From: Sarea resinae | Lineage: Eukaryota | NCBI GenBank assembly: GCA_026026165.1 | Contig: JAPEUD010000020.1 | Location: 1-64,000, forward strand | Reading direction: 5' to 3' | Length of the DNA: 64,000 nt | In this document: piece after piece, positions 13,539 through 26,767 of the stretch | Position numbering within the stretch: position 1 is the stretch's first letter | Layout of the letters: every line of letters starts with the position of its first letter | The notes under the pieces: model-generated | Seen by the model: only the letters and a program-made list of their open reading frames with translations | Told to the model about the DNA's origin: nothing | Databases searched by the model: none | Program-made: the position numbers and the translations under genes

Positions 13539-16500
13539 ATGGAGAGAACCAAAGGTACTTTCCGAGTTGAGGAAGATGGTGGCAGCATGACACCCGATGA
13601 CGCGAAAGAAGAATATCACCACCCCGTCAAAATAATCATCATCAATCCCGATTGCAAAGTTATTGACCTCGGAAGCTTCCAATCTCACGAAGGCCTGTTC
13701 ACGACTGTCACTCTGGATATCTGCATGAAGAAGAACTGGTATTCGAATATATCACTCAACATTGCGGTCAAATCGGGAGAGTACAAGCTTCCAAAAGTGG
13801 CATCGAGTACTAAGAACCCAACGTTGGAGATCAAAGAGATTCATCGGTACAAGTTTCAGTTCACCAACGCTGAGTTGCTGCCAAACTTGCTCATATGGAA
13901 TCTTCCGCCCACTCCTCCAAAGGAGCCTGACGAGGACTTTGCGCAAAGCTCTTGGTACGAGAATCTCTATAATAGATTCGCTACGAAGACAGAAGCGACC
14001 AAGACACAATCGATGCGTGAATATGGGCGTCTTGCAATCATTGATTTCGATTTTTATCCTCGAAATGTCTTCATTGGAAATTGCCTTGCCGACCAAGTCC
14101 AAGATATTGGCCGGTACAGCATAATTCGCGACTTTTTCGGTCCAGTTTTCGGCGAAAGCAAGGACAAAGTCCATAGAGTAGTTGGATTTGTCCATCTGAA
14201 AGATTTGAAGCAAAAACAGGAGAAAGCCACCAAGGAGGAGTCAAGCGTCCATCAGGGATATTTAGCACGGCGTTTAGGGGACTATAAGCAACGCATCCAA
14301 GAGGAACGCCGTGCCGACCCAATGGAGGCTTTTTTTGTATCCGCGAGAAATGCTGGCCGTATGCGTCCGGAAAATCTCGTCAAACCAGGCCAACGACCGG
14401 CCGTGCATTTCGAACCAGAGCGAATCTTTGTCAGTGATAGAGAGTGTTTTTTTCCAATCGGATTGGCTCTTATCCAAGATGAAGAGATTAGGAGAGCCCA
14501 TAACATTGAGTCCCGACTGATGAAGGCCGAACTGCGCTTGCTCAAAACTCTGAAGGGCTCAGACCGCCTGTACTACGGCACCTTACGCCTTCCTCACGAA
14601 TACCCTGTCCGAATTGAAAATGACAACATCCTTATGATCACTTTTGAAGATTAGAACTTAGGTTCATGGCTCGCACAGGTTATTGAAGCTCATATGATCC
14701 CATGGGCAGTCTCGACCGATCTACCAGTCCTCGTCAAACGTCCCTTCGACAAGGACGCAGGCTTTAAAGCAAGGGAATCCAGTTCACGTACTCGACTTAT
14801 CGACTCTCAAACTGCCGGATGAAGCCGCTACCGTTCGAAGATACCTCAAAAGCGGTGCTTTTAACGTTGTGACTGCCAAGTTGGAAGCAAACGACAAGAC
14901 ACAGAAGTCTTACTTGAATGCTTTGGAGATACTCAATCCCATGGAGACTCGCAAAGACGATGAAAAGGCAATTGCAGCACACTATCGCAATTTCCAATTA
15001 GGACACAATATCGGCAAGCTTCCAAAAGTTGACATCTTTAAGCATATTGACGTCGAGACCGAAGTGACTGGAATTACAGCTGCTCTTGGCATTGATCTTG
15101 ATGAGGCTCAGTTGCAAGCCATCAAAGTCTACTGCCGTGAACTTCCAGATGGTATTGGCATTCTTGCTGGTACGTGGGGAGCAGGCAAAACTCATGTTAA
15201 CGTTGTCATCACGATGATACTTCTTCGAGCCGGCCAAAAGGTCTTAATCTCCTGCGCGTCAAACGATGGCGCTGACGCCATAGCCTTGCGGCTCAAGCAG
15301 GCGGCTGAGCTAGTCTTTGGAATTAACACTAAACGGATCTATCGTTGGCATCAATCTAACAGCGAGAAGAGATATTTTCGTCATGCCACGACAATTAACC
15401 CAGAAATACGAGAAGACCGCTGCTGGTTCTTCAAAGAATCCGCTGCCGAAGAGCTCATTGTCCAAAAGACTGTGGAGTCAATGGTCGAACGCGCGAGGCA
15501 CATGCCCAACGGGACTCCCGACAAGCGCCTGAAGCTGCTTCAGATGACACCAACACATGCCATCATCCAAGAAACTGGGCTCTTGCCCTTTCTACCAAGC
15601 ACCAAAGTCTCAGATGGATCGTCAGGCCCAGGTCTCAAGCCTGTGTCAGAAGATCGGCCTGATACCGATGACGAAGGCCAACATACCGAATCAGAATCGG
15701 ATTATGAGTCTAACGTAGATGAACAGGGCGAGAATTTCATGAGACCTAAGACGAAGTTCAAGAAGGTTGAGATGAACAAAACCGCTCGTGAAGCTTTGCT
15801 GGCCAAATTCTACGCCAACAAGCCGAAAGCAGAACAGCCACCGACCAATCAGAAGATGCTGCGATCTTAGGTGGCATATTGCTTGAGCTTGAGTCTAGCG
15901 TCGAGATACCACCAGACATGGCTGCCGAGCTGAAGTCACGTTTGGCAAAGATGATGGACCAAATGGCCGACCAAGCGGACGTCGTCATTGCCACGATTCA
16001 CGGGATCACGAACAAGGAGCTGCGAACCCATTTCAAGCCAAATCTTGTACTTTGTGACGAGGGTCAACACATGAACATTGCCATGGCGAACGTGCTCTTC
16101 GCCAACTTCCCTTACGTTCCAGCGATTTTCAGTGGTGACAACAAGCAGCTGACTTCGGTCAAGTATGGGACCAAAGGCAATTCCGCGGCGTGCTACCTCA
16201 ACGATGACATTGTTTCCCGCGAGATTAGACGTGGGCGTCCTTTCCTACAGCTGAGGACCACATATCGCAGCCATCCAGCTATCTTCGATATGTTGAATGA
16301 ACTGTTCTACCACGGTGAGGCACTCTGCGGACTCAAAGCATCCGACCGACCCCAGGCAAATAAGTTCATGAAAGTCTGTAAAGATATGGGCTTTAATGTC
16401 AAGGTGCCTATTCTTTTCTTGAACGTGGCAGATACCACCTCAACTCGGGTCGGCTATACTCAGTCATCGCGTAACCCAAAAGAAGCGTACGCCTCCAATT

Positions 16501-16922
16501 TGATTGAGCGCAAGCTCTTAGAAGGTGGAATCTCTGGCAAGATGGTCACAACGCTCACTGGATACATTGCACACCTAAAGCATTCAGCTAAGCAGCGTGC
16601 AAACATGCCCCGCATGGATACGACAGAGCTTGATCAAGAATTGGCATCTATTGCCCACACAACCATAGCCAAATATCAAGGCGAAGAGAATGAGATAATA
16701 ATCATTAACAACGTCAGAGATGGAAAGCTAGGGTTCATGGCTCAGAGACCTGTCTTGTATACTGCTCTGTCAAGAGCCAAATCGGGTATCATATTTATCG
16801 CCAACGACTCCAGCATTGCTGACGATAACATCTCTGCCAGCTCACGCCGAACTCCCACCGCGTACGCTCTGCTAGGGATTATTGCCAGAAAATTGGCGTT
16901 TACTATAGAGCGCTTTAGTTAG
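13539..16922 (+). pseudogene. Helicase copy A: near full-length Upf1/DNA2-like SF1B helicase with an unknown ~450-aa N-terminal region; disrupted
   Basis: Three ORFs are collinear. Motifs: Walker A AGTWGAGKT, Ia LISCASNDGAD, Walker B LVLCDEGQH, III SGDNKQL, IV TYRSHPAI, V TTIAKYQGEE, VI LYTALSRAK. Lesions: in-frame TAG at 14652-14654 (the frame stays open beyond it), +1 shift near 14770, return shift near 15830. No introns evident in the CDS. Confidence 0.85.
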
Positions 16923-16924
16923 CA

Positions 16925-17330
16925 GAGTTTTCAAGACAATATCAATAGCTCTTACTCGAACTTTAAAATGAAGCTTTACACACTTAGTATAACGTAATTA
17001 CAGTATTTTTTGCTAGGTAAAAGTGAGATAATACTTCTTGTAGATATACTAGGTAGGTACTAACTCTTAGAAGAAGAACTGTAGCATTGAATCTACTCGT
17101 CTAGAGAGATAGAGTAGAATAAATATGTCTTAGTGCTGGAATCGCCGTAGGTAGAAGATAATATATATAAATAGAGAAGAACAGGTCTATACTGTATAGC
17201 TATCACTAGATAGCACCTATATTCTATTGAAGCACTAAATATTACCTTTATTACCTTACTAAGTAAAGAGTCTTAGTAAGTAGGGTCTCTACTTACCCAC
17301 AATTAGGATTGTACTATCTATGGACTTCGG
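16925..17330. repeat. AT-rich, TpA-rich RIP-like decayed tract
   Basis: Abrupt drop in GC with abundant TAG/CTA/TATA directly after helicase A. Similar tracts occur at about 28540-28990, 33050-33310 and 37260-37800. Confidence 0.6.
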
Positions 17331-17689
17331 AACTAATCTACCTGCCTTGCCCCCAAGATCAGCATCCCTAACGACCGCCTTACCCTTATCCTTCGACAAA
17401 TCAGGGTACATCAGAGGATCGTTCAATATGTCTCCCATCCCTTGGCCATTGTTATCGCCGTATGCCCATTCATCGTCGTTGATAACTAACTAGCTCTTAA
17501 AGTTGCTTAAGTAAGAGAGTCTTCGCTCGGAATTTTTTGTATACTTGCTAGCAGAATGACTGCTTTGTAAGATATCCCTTAGTAAGACTCTTATTAGATA
17601 GAACGCAACTTAGTTGCTAGCTACTTGTCCAGTTGCTAATCTTTCTAGCCATTGTCAAGGGATTAAGCAGTCGCACCAGATTAGTGCTA

Positions 17690-18060
17690 AAGAACCGGAC
17701 AAACCCAGAACTTCACGATCAGGAACCAAGTGATAGATGAGTGGCTGCTGTTCTTGTTGCCCGACTGCAGAAAAAACCCGTGCCTTTATAGAGAGAGTAA
17801 TACTATAATTATCTTGCGCGCTAGCAGAGGCGTGCTGCAGTTATCCCTCATACGAGACATGAGATATTAATTCGCCTAGGGCGGGGAAACATGCGGTGCT
17901 GAACATCGAACATGAGACACATAAGCCCGCAAAAGTGCAGGCGGGCGAAGAGGGATACTGATTCGCCTAGGGCGGGAAGCATTCGGTGCTAAACATCGAA
18001 TATAAGGTAGGTAGGTAGGTAAGACGCATGAGCCTGTAGAAGTGCACCTGTATGCGGGCG
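17690..18060 (-). pseudogene. Helicase fragment B' (motif IV region, D-subfamily), internally duplicated
   Basis: Minus strand reads FARLHFCGLMCLMFDVQHRMF...ALGELISHVSYEG*LQHAS, matching copy D (LACLHFCRLIFDVQHRMFHALGAWVSHVLYDGQLQHAS). The 25-mer GAAACATGCGGTGCTGAACATCGAA at 17886-17910 recurs identically at about 31158. A second degenerate copy lies at 17962-18000. Confidence 0.75.
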
Positions 18061-19520
18061 AACCTTGACATTTCCCACGTACACAAGGAGTATTTTCGCA
18101 CGGGAAAATGCAACACACATACGATGAGGATCTTTTAGGAAACCCATATTCGCTGTGTTGGTGATCTCAAACATCACATACTTGCGTTTGCCACCCTGGA
18201 AACTGTCAATCGTCTTAACTTCCAGTTGGGAGAGTTCTCGATTGAGTCTATTCGCCAGTTCTCGAATAGAAAAGCTGCAGGCGAGATGCACTGTAATTAA
18301 TTATGATTGCAATCTCTGACGGTTGGATAGTCTCTATAGCCAGATGTTTCTCGACTAAGTTGATCGTGACTGTAGTATTTGAAATATTGTATCTTGATGT
18401 TTTAGCATTTATTGTCATCTTTCTATCTATAACTTCAAACCACTCAATATAAAGTAGTATAAATTCATGGTCTTTCTTTAAGGGCCACTCAGCGTTGAGA
18501 AATGCAGATATAGTGTCTCTATTAATAGCTTGCTCCTCTTTCAATCTTAGATGGTCAGTCCGGGCACTATTGTACCAGATATCTGATATAAGGCGGCGGA
18601 TATCTGCGTGCATCCTATGTTGGACACGGAGAGTCGGCATATCGTATCCTAGAATTCTGACTCGATTGAATAGCGATCGAGATCCTTAGGCAGCGAATCC
18701 ATTAACAGGAGTGTCATTCTCACGAACATTCCGAGAAATTGAGAGTGGCTGTAATTGTTTCTTATCACCTACAAGGATAAACGCACGTGGCTAGTAAAAG
18801 CCAGGAACAATCACAAGCTTGTGGTCTAGGATCTTGGCTGCCTTATCCACGACGATGAGATCTAGCTTAACTCCACGATAAACTGCTGCTGTAGCAGCGT
18901 TTGTTGTGGTGGTAATAATAACGTCAGCTATTGCCAGGACGTCGTCACGTAGGTCGGTGCATGCTGTGGTAAAATTGTTTTTCTTTCCTTTATGCTCAGC
19001 TTATCTTCCAGGTGATCATCGAAAATAGTTCCGGAAAGCGCTGAATTTCTTCGCATCTGAGATATCTGACGGAATTTTGCCAGAACGCTTTAACATCCAT
19101 GTTGCCAGCGGGCGAAGAGGGACATGCGAAAATTGGTGGCAAAAGCATTGAGTAGAACTCTCTTGCTTGCTTGTCAGCTGAGTCATTGGCGGCAGAGTCC
19201 AAAGCAGCAGAGCCTGAGGCGGTAGAGACTTGAATGTTCTGTTCCTAAGTATTATACTGTGCATCTTTATTGTCCTAGGCATGCTTCTCTGCATCATTAT
19301 TGTCCTAGGCATTCTTTTCTGCATCGTTTTCTCCCTAGTCGTTCGTCCCTAGGGCTTCGGCGTCCGTATTATCCTTGAAAAGGGTGTTATCTCTGGAAGT
19401 GAAGTACCTAGTAAGGGAAGGAGCCTTCGTAGTAGTCGAATCTGCTCTAGCTATAGCTAGAACAATGCGAGCGCCAGCCTGTTCTGCTTCTAAAGGCCTT
19501 GCTCTTGTTAATCAATTGTG
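18040..19520 (-). pseudogene. Helicase copy B: decayed Upf1-like helicase core
   Basis: Minus-strand pieces: PLATWMLKRSG, VLAIADVIITTT, LIVVDKAAK (Walker B with E>K), ILVGDKKQLQP, LRVQHRMHADI, VKTIDSFQGG, PHRMCVAFSRAK. Multiple stops and frameshifts. A 30-bp tandem repeat lies at about 19260-19325. Confidence 0.85.
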
Positions 19521-22500
19521 TTGATCATTGTTTGTTCTATCATAACTCTTTTTGTACTCAAGGTAGGCCGCTTTTTATGGTAGGGATACAAGAGTCGAGC
19601 ACTTCCTGATCTTCACAGAAGTGATAGTGTTGTGCTTCGTATAGTGATAGGATTGAGATGTTGAAATTGAGAAGGTTGGACAAGATTGAACAGGTTGAAG
19701 AGTTTATAAGGACCGAGAAAGATGTTAGCGAGGCATTCACTCCCCTTCGGCTCGCAGCATTGCTAATGTATTCACTGCTCTAATAACACATTGGTACTCG
19801 TCGATTCGCTGACTTTTGTTCGTTAACATAGTACTTTGTCATCATCGAGCAAGCGTACGCTTCTATATCGCTTGATACTGCTCGAAACCCTTTGTTAACG
19901 CTCCAAAAATGGGGTTTTCGCCAACCGTTTGAAACGTTTGGACCGATGGACCGTCGACATTAACTCTTGCTTTCAGAGGACCTCTGGGAGAATATCTCCG
20001 AGGAATTTGACGGAATCTGGTGAGTGTTTCCTGAGAGTAGCCGGTTGCCATGATAGTAGGAGGAGTAATGACGAGTGTAGATGACTTGACAAGGAAGCAA
20101 CAAAGTCAAAGAAGGTCAAAATAGTAATGGAAGAGAGGTGGAATGAGTATAGGATAATCGGATATCATTTGCAATGAAGTATGGACTGCGTGATGAGGCG
20201 GGAGGCCGTAATTTATAATCAAAAAAATTTCCCGCTAACGAGAAGAGCCCATCGCCTACGAGCATTCACTGTATCCCGAAAGTTAACCTATCCAACAAAT
20301 GATACGCATCATAGTCATGAAGAGGGGAGCGAACAGATTCAAAGTCCTCATTCACAGCACTCTGCGTTCCGTATCCTGGGCCCACATAACGGCCGCACGA
20401 TCATGCTGCGCCTTGCTCTCAAATCATTCATCTAGGATCTTCTCGCTTGCCATTCATGGGTCCGGCCGTGGTAGAGTACACTTCGTGTCGGTCGAATGCC
20501 TGTTGTAGTTGAGCGGTCGCATCTACCAATGATGTTTCGTTTGACTAGCTACCTTACCTTATGTTACTGCCTCAATTCGTCCAGAACAACTTCATACGGT
20601 CGATATATTTCAAAGCCTCAACATCCAGTGTTCTTCTATCATGTAGCCCTGCTGTCCTCTATCCAGGTATCCGGCTTCAACAGAATGCGCCTAGGCTTTG
20701 TCGCTCAAGTAACGCCATCCTTGCTGTGGCATGAAATCAAGCACTTTGACCCGGGTTTGATTTTTGCAGCTGAAAGAACGCGGTATAACGCAATGCCAAC
20801 ATCGTTTCGAGCGAGTTTGATACATATTCAGAGTGTAAGGTTGATGATATGTGGGGAGGGAAGGGTATCTTGAAATCGTCGTGTTTGAAGGTGTAAGACG
20901 CGTGTTCACACGCTGAATACGCGAAATGCCGATGACTTTTGACACTTTCGCGTTTTTCACGAGCCTATCTTCATCTCAACCTCAACCGCACCATCTCTAA
21001 TACTCAACCTTCTACTCCGACTTAACCTCTAATGTCATGTCTCAGTACTAATATTTAACATAGATCAGCACGTTAGCATGGCTGTTCTATTCCTGTTCAG
21101 ATCAGGCAAGACGCCCCTTCCAGCATCGAACATCACTACATGGACGAGCATTAAGAATAGCCAATCGTCGACGATGAGATAGCCAGGGATGAGCAAAGGT
21201 CGTTACTAAAGTGGCATTGCATTTGAGAGCTCGCTAGGCTCTGCGTGCATTCTTCGAGCAATAAGACTCGAAGGACGCACGGCCACCGGTTGTATATATA
21301 TAAAGACCCATGATCGTATCTCCCTCAACCTTTTCGCAAAAGGATCACTCGAGATATGCCCGACGACAACACTCTTTCGTCACTTATCAACCCCCTCTTC
21401 CTCCCCCCATGGATGCATGTGCTTAGAGTCCGCCAAGAGAGCCGGTGCCGGTGCAGCGACCCATGTACGAGCCTGTACACCGGTCAGTACATCTTATCAG
21501 CTGCACAATTTGGGGAGGAACCATTACCAGTGCTCTCGGTGGACGGGACATCACACTTAACAGAACCGTCCTTGGCGAGGTTCTCCTGAGGAGCATGGAA
21601 CGCGGTCCAGGGCTGTTTCTTGTCGGTGGTCTGCGGGAGATCCTGAGCCTCGACGTTGTCGAAAAAGTTTGTGGGTGCCATGTTGGGAGAAGACATCTTG
21701 AATGCTGAAAGGCAGACTGTTCTTGGTGACAACTGATTGAATTGATTTAGAAGTGTGTGAAGTTTGGGCTTGCCGGGGAGTTGGTTGTTGATGCCACTGA
21801 GTTATGGGGAGGAGTTGCCCCATTATATAGATCGGATCTGGAATACAGGCGGACACTGGAACACAAATCGAAAGCGAAATCTTGAGAGGAATTGGATGAG
21901 CAAAGCGCCCGGGAGTGTGAAAGTGGGGAAAGCAAGCAGGATGACGACAAAACCATTTGCCGTCCTCCCGTCCTTCCGTCCCTCCCCCTCTCGTTATTTC
22001 TTCGATTAGCCTTTTCCCTCTGCTCTTCACTTAACTGCGTATCAGTTTCGCACCTGTACGTGGGTGAGATGCTGCACTCTACACGGCAGAAAGGAGCGCA
22101 CAAGGTCTGCATCGAGCCATCTTCTGACCTTGCCAGCCGGATGAACGGCAGCACAGGGATTCGAAAGGGAATCAGCTGCCTTGCTCATTTACAGAGGGTC
22201 AACAAACCACTTCGAGAGCGAACTTTGCAGACATTAATGTAGATTCCATCTTGCTAAAAATGCTGGGGTTTGCTGATAAGCTGCGGGTCCAGGAGCATCC
22301 ACGCGTTCCAATCATCCTTGCCATACACATGTCTTTTCGGGTTACAGGAGTTGACGCGCAGCTTGTTCCTGCGGGAATCCTAATTATTCAGTTGCCACGT
22401 CTATTGCATGAAGTTGATGGCATACGTAAGGATGCGTGAAGAGGGGTAGAAGTATACGACGCATGAGGAGATGCGGGAGGCTATACAGGTACATGAGGTC

Positions 22501-22761
22501 TGGGGAGAAATGCCGCTGCGCTCCTCACTGTTCCATGGTCGGTAAGAGATAGCTGCGAGCGGGTCCAAATTACAGGAATCTTTGAATACCCCGCCTCTTC
22601 CAAGGAGTGTTGCGGTCATGTCTTCGTCCTTGCCCTGGATATAAGCACAGAGCAAACCCCTTTATAAAGTCAACTCGCTCCCTAGCCCCGCAACGAGGAA
22701 TCAATCAGAAGCAAACAGTCCTCGAGCTCTCCAAAAAGAACACCCAAAATTTCTTCTCGAC

Positions 22762-23814
22762 ATGCCTTCCATCGTTGCTCCCATTGAGTACCTTGCCAAA
22801 CTACCCTTGTATGAAACCGAAAAGCCATGGTCAGCCCTTCTCTCCAACGGCAAACAATTCTTTGAGAAGGGTGAGCGGCTAGATAACGTGGAATTCGAGT
22901 ATCAAGATTGCACTATCACGGATATCGTGGACAACCCCACGCTCAACTTGGAGACCAATGGCTTTCAGCTTTACAAGCAGACGAGCCAGCATCTTTCCAA
23001 TTTTGACACCATCGAAAAGGTCGACGCTTACAAGGCAGAGACTGCAGCGTGGCTCAAAGAAAAGTTGGGAGCGGTCTATGTCAATACTTACGATTGCCGT
23101 CCAAGGCTGAACATCGAGCCGACTCGCCAAACGGTTGATGTGATGGATCCATTGCTGGTCGATCAACCCGCGCGGGGTGCTCACAATGGTGAAAATCCTA
23201 CGTCCTGCACGTAAACATCACTGATAGTCGAGGATAGATGTCACTCTCAAATCGGGACCCGAGATTGTGTTCAGGCAGTTCTCCGAGGAAGAAATCTCCA
23301 AATACCTCAAGCCAGGGTATCGTATTCGAATCATGAAGTTTGCTCCGCTTATCCATGTTTCACCGGAAACCCGACTGACTGGAAACAGCACTTGGCGCCC
23401 GCTCCGACCAGTCTGTGAAGATAGGCCGCTTGCATTCTGTGACGCAGATCGAGTGCTTCCGCACGCCATTGGAGAGATTGACCATCTCCAATTCAACGAA
23501 AGTCATCGCTGGTACGGGAAATGGCCAAGTCGAAATGAACCAAGCAGCTGAAGGGATACTCTAGGTACTGGCTCGAGAAACAGACCCCAGCGGATGTCTT
23601 CATCATGACCATGTACGACACGCATCCTGGCAAACAGGCCCGATGTAGGTCAGAATCCACTCTGCGGTTTGCCCATTACTATAACCCGACAGGACACTGA
23701 CGAGGAGCAGACTGTCCGCATATCTCATTTGAAAACCCAAGAGCGCCCACTGATGCTCCTCCGAGGCGGAGTGTGGAGACGCGGTCGATCGTGATCAGCA
23801 AAGTGACCGCGTAG
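22762..23814 (+). CDS. AsaB/CmcJ-like (GA4-desaturase-related) Fe-dependent oxidoreductase, 5 exons
   Basis: YLAKLPLYETEKP, LETNGFQL, GAHN|DVT (HxD), NTWRPLRPVCEDRPLAFCD, W|YWLEKQTP, CPHISF and PPRRSVETRSIV are typical of this fungal secondary-metabolism family. GT-AG introns restore the frame. Confidence 0.8.
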
Positions 23815-24784
23815 CTCATAGCGAACAAGGAGCGGGAGGGAACATGGCGAGCCAGTGGACGCAGCAAGCGGAAGTGGATTGAGCGGCGTGGTGGAGAAGC
23901 CAAAAGTCCCACTGTTATCCATGCCATGTATCGCATCAGAGTACTCTGATTCGGCTCGTCCTCGCGGGTGCCCAGTAGGTAGTCATTGAGATCATCAGAA
24001 TTGAGCATGTCTTTCTCTTTGCCGATGCACCCCTTCTGATGGGAGCAGGGATTGACAGACTACTGGCTCTACTAAGATCGACGAAGATTTACGCATGCGC
24101 TGCCGTCAGGGGGCATCAGCCGCCAGAGCTACTTGGATCTGTGGAAGTGTGCGAAGCATGAAGCACATTAAACTAAAGAGCTTATCTACGTAGTACAGCC
24201 CACGATCGGCCAGTCCCGAAGACTAAACTACCTGACTCCTCCTTACTCGAAGGTATCGACAACTTCCATTGATGGTATTAGTTGATAGTATCGGTGGTTC
24301 GAGCGTAAAGTACAGAGTACTCAGAAGTACGAGTACCTAGAGTAGTTACCTGCAGGTGCGTGGAGAATCAGGGCCGAGGGACCAACGAACCCTTGAACGA
24401 CGACGGCGGATACCCCCGCAAACCACCACAGCAATCATGCCTTAGATCTGGTAGGTAGGTAGTACACGAATATCCATGATCGGCCACCTACTGCGCAGTA
24501 GAGCGTCTACGCCGTCGATCCGCGTCAATCGACATGAGCAGCAAGATACCCCCACCTTCCTGGACCGTTCCCATCTCCACAATTCTTCTCGAAAAGTCTG
24601 AGCCAGTCAGATATGCGGTGCACCTCAGCGATCGGTCCAATATCAATGTCCATCAAAGAGCGGCATGGTCAACTGAATGAACGGATCCGCCTGCCCTGCC
24701 GTTCTTGATCTTTCACTGAGGGCACTTTGGGTTATCACATCCCCAAAGGGCCTCTCTCTCCTCCTCTACACCAGATTAAATCCG

Positions 24785-26767
24785 ATGTCGCCATCCGAAA
24801 GGGATTTCCCATTGACAAGCTGGCCCACAGGTGAGCGGGCAGGAGCGAACCAAGAGGGTCCTCGCGAAGAGAAAGACAAAGAAAGTGACGTTGTGGATGC
24901 CGGAGCTCAGGATGTGCTACCATCATCATCACCGCATTCACCTTCACCTGATCATGGAGAACCCACCTATCCAAGCGGCATTCGACTAGCCTTGATTGTC
25001 TCTTGCTTGGCTTCTTCCGTCTTTCTAGTCGCGCTGGTAATCATGTTGTGAACACTGCGCTTCTTGTTAGACACTAAATCAGCCCCAGGATGAGACGATC
25101 ATCGCAACCGCCATTCCAAGAATCACTGACCAATTCGACTCGTTGGCTGATGTCGGCTGGTATGGCTCCGCATAGTCAGTGTCTCTCGTCTCTCGTCTCC
25201 CGTCTTTCTGTTCTCCCTCATTTTATGAACGAGTGAGATGAAGAGCTGAACGTTGAATGATGCCAGTTTCCTCACCACATGTTCTTTCCAACTCATATAT
25301 GGGAAGCTTTATACCTTTTACTCTATTAAATGGGTCTTCTTTGCTGCTGTCGCTGTCTTTGAGCTGGGTTCTCTCATTTGTGCCGTGTCCCCAAATTCAA
25401 ATGCCCTGATCGTGGGAAGAGCAATTGCTGGCTTGGGAAGTGCGGGAATCAACGCCGGATACATTATGTCTGTCCTTTTCCGTTCGAACTCCCAGCAGCG
25501 TTTTACTGATGACGCCAGAATCCTGGCAAGCTCGCTGCCCCTAGCTCGTCGGCCCATGTTCGTCGCATCATACAGCAGCATGTACGGCATAGCAACTGTG
25601 ACTGCGCCCCTGATGGGAGGCGCTTTCACGGACCGTCTAACTTGGAGATGGTGCTTTTTCATCAACCTACCTTTCGGCGCCATCACTCTAGTAGTCATTT
25701 GTTTCTTCTTTGCATCACCGGCTCAACCAAGTCAAGAAATTCTTTCACCGACCGAGAAATTAAAGCAGTTTGACATTTCAGGTACGGCTGTCTTGATCGT
25801 GGGTATTGCCTGCTTGTTACTCGCCTTGCAGTGGGGAGGCTCGAGGTACGACTGGAGCAATGCACGGATCATTGCGCTTCTTACCTTGTTCGGAGTTTCA
25901 GCCGTCGTTTTCGTCCTGATTCAGTTCTGGAAGGGAGAGTATGCAACCGTTCCGCCTCGGATCTTCAAGAAGCGGAGCGTCGCCTTTAGTGCATGGCATG
26001 TTTTTGCCGCCGGGGCCGCCATGAACGTTCTCGAGTATTTCGTCAGTCTTCTCCCCCGAATTCATGTTCCTTGAGTGCCAGTGTTGATAAGAGCACCCTA
26101 GCTCCCGATCTGGTTCCAAGCAATCAAAGGTGTCTCAGCACTCAACTCCGGCATACGCATCTTACCGACCATTTTCGGCGTGGTCGTCTTCTCCTACATA
26201 GCCGGATTCGGCGTCTCCAGGCTGGGCTACTATACACCGTTCATGATCATTGGCAGCGCCTTCTTGTCGATCGGCTGTGGCCTCATCACCTCGTGGCAGC
26301 CTTCTTCCTCGGTGGGGCAATGGGTAGGATATCAGATCCTGCTTGGCGCCGGCGGCGGCCTGGCGATCCAACAAGCACATTCGGCGGCCCAGACCGTCTT
26401 GAAGCCCGCTGACGTCCCTACGGGTGCCGTCGTCATCATCTTCGCCCAGATCCTTGGCGGCACGCTCTTCATCTCGACGGCGCAGAGCGTGCTCGATAAC
26501 CGGTTGAGCCACGGCCTTCGCGCGTCCGTGCCGCAGGTCAATCCGAAGGTCGTGCTCGCGGTCGGCGCGACTAGGCTGCAACATGTGGTCGGCCCGCAGT
26601 ATCTGCCGCTGGTTTTAAAGGTCTATAATCGGGCGCTGACGCAGACGTTTTATGTGGCGGTTGCGTTGGCCGTTGTTAGTATGGTTGGTGCGCTGGGTAC
26701 GGAATGGAGGTCCGTGAAGAAGCCTGCCGTTGTTGTTGATGTTGATGTTACTGTTGTCAATGCTTAA
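24785..26767 (+). CDS. MFS drug:H+ antiporter, DHA2 (14-TM; AflT/GliA-like) toxin efflux pump
   Basis: [80 protein letters not shown] and GTEWRSVK. Four introns give an apparently intact frame. Confidence 0.92.

Noticed and set aside
14760..14775. TTTAAAG as a programmed -1 frameshift site in helicase A
   Set aside because: It is not phased as X XXY YYZ in the ORF1 frame, the required shift is +1, and an upstream TAG already interrupts the frame.
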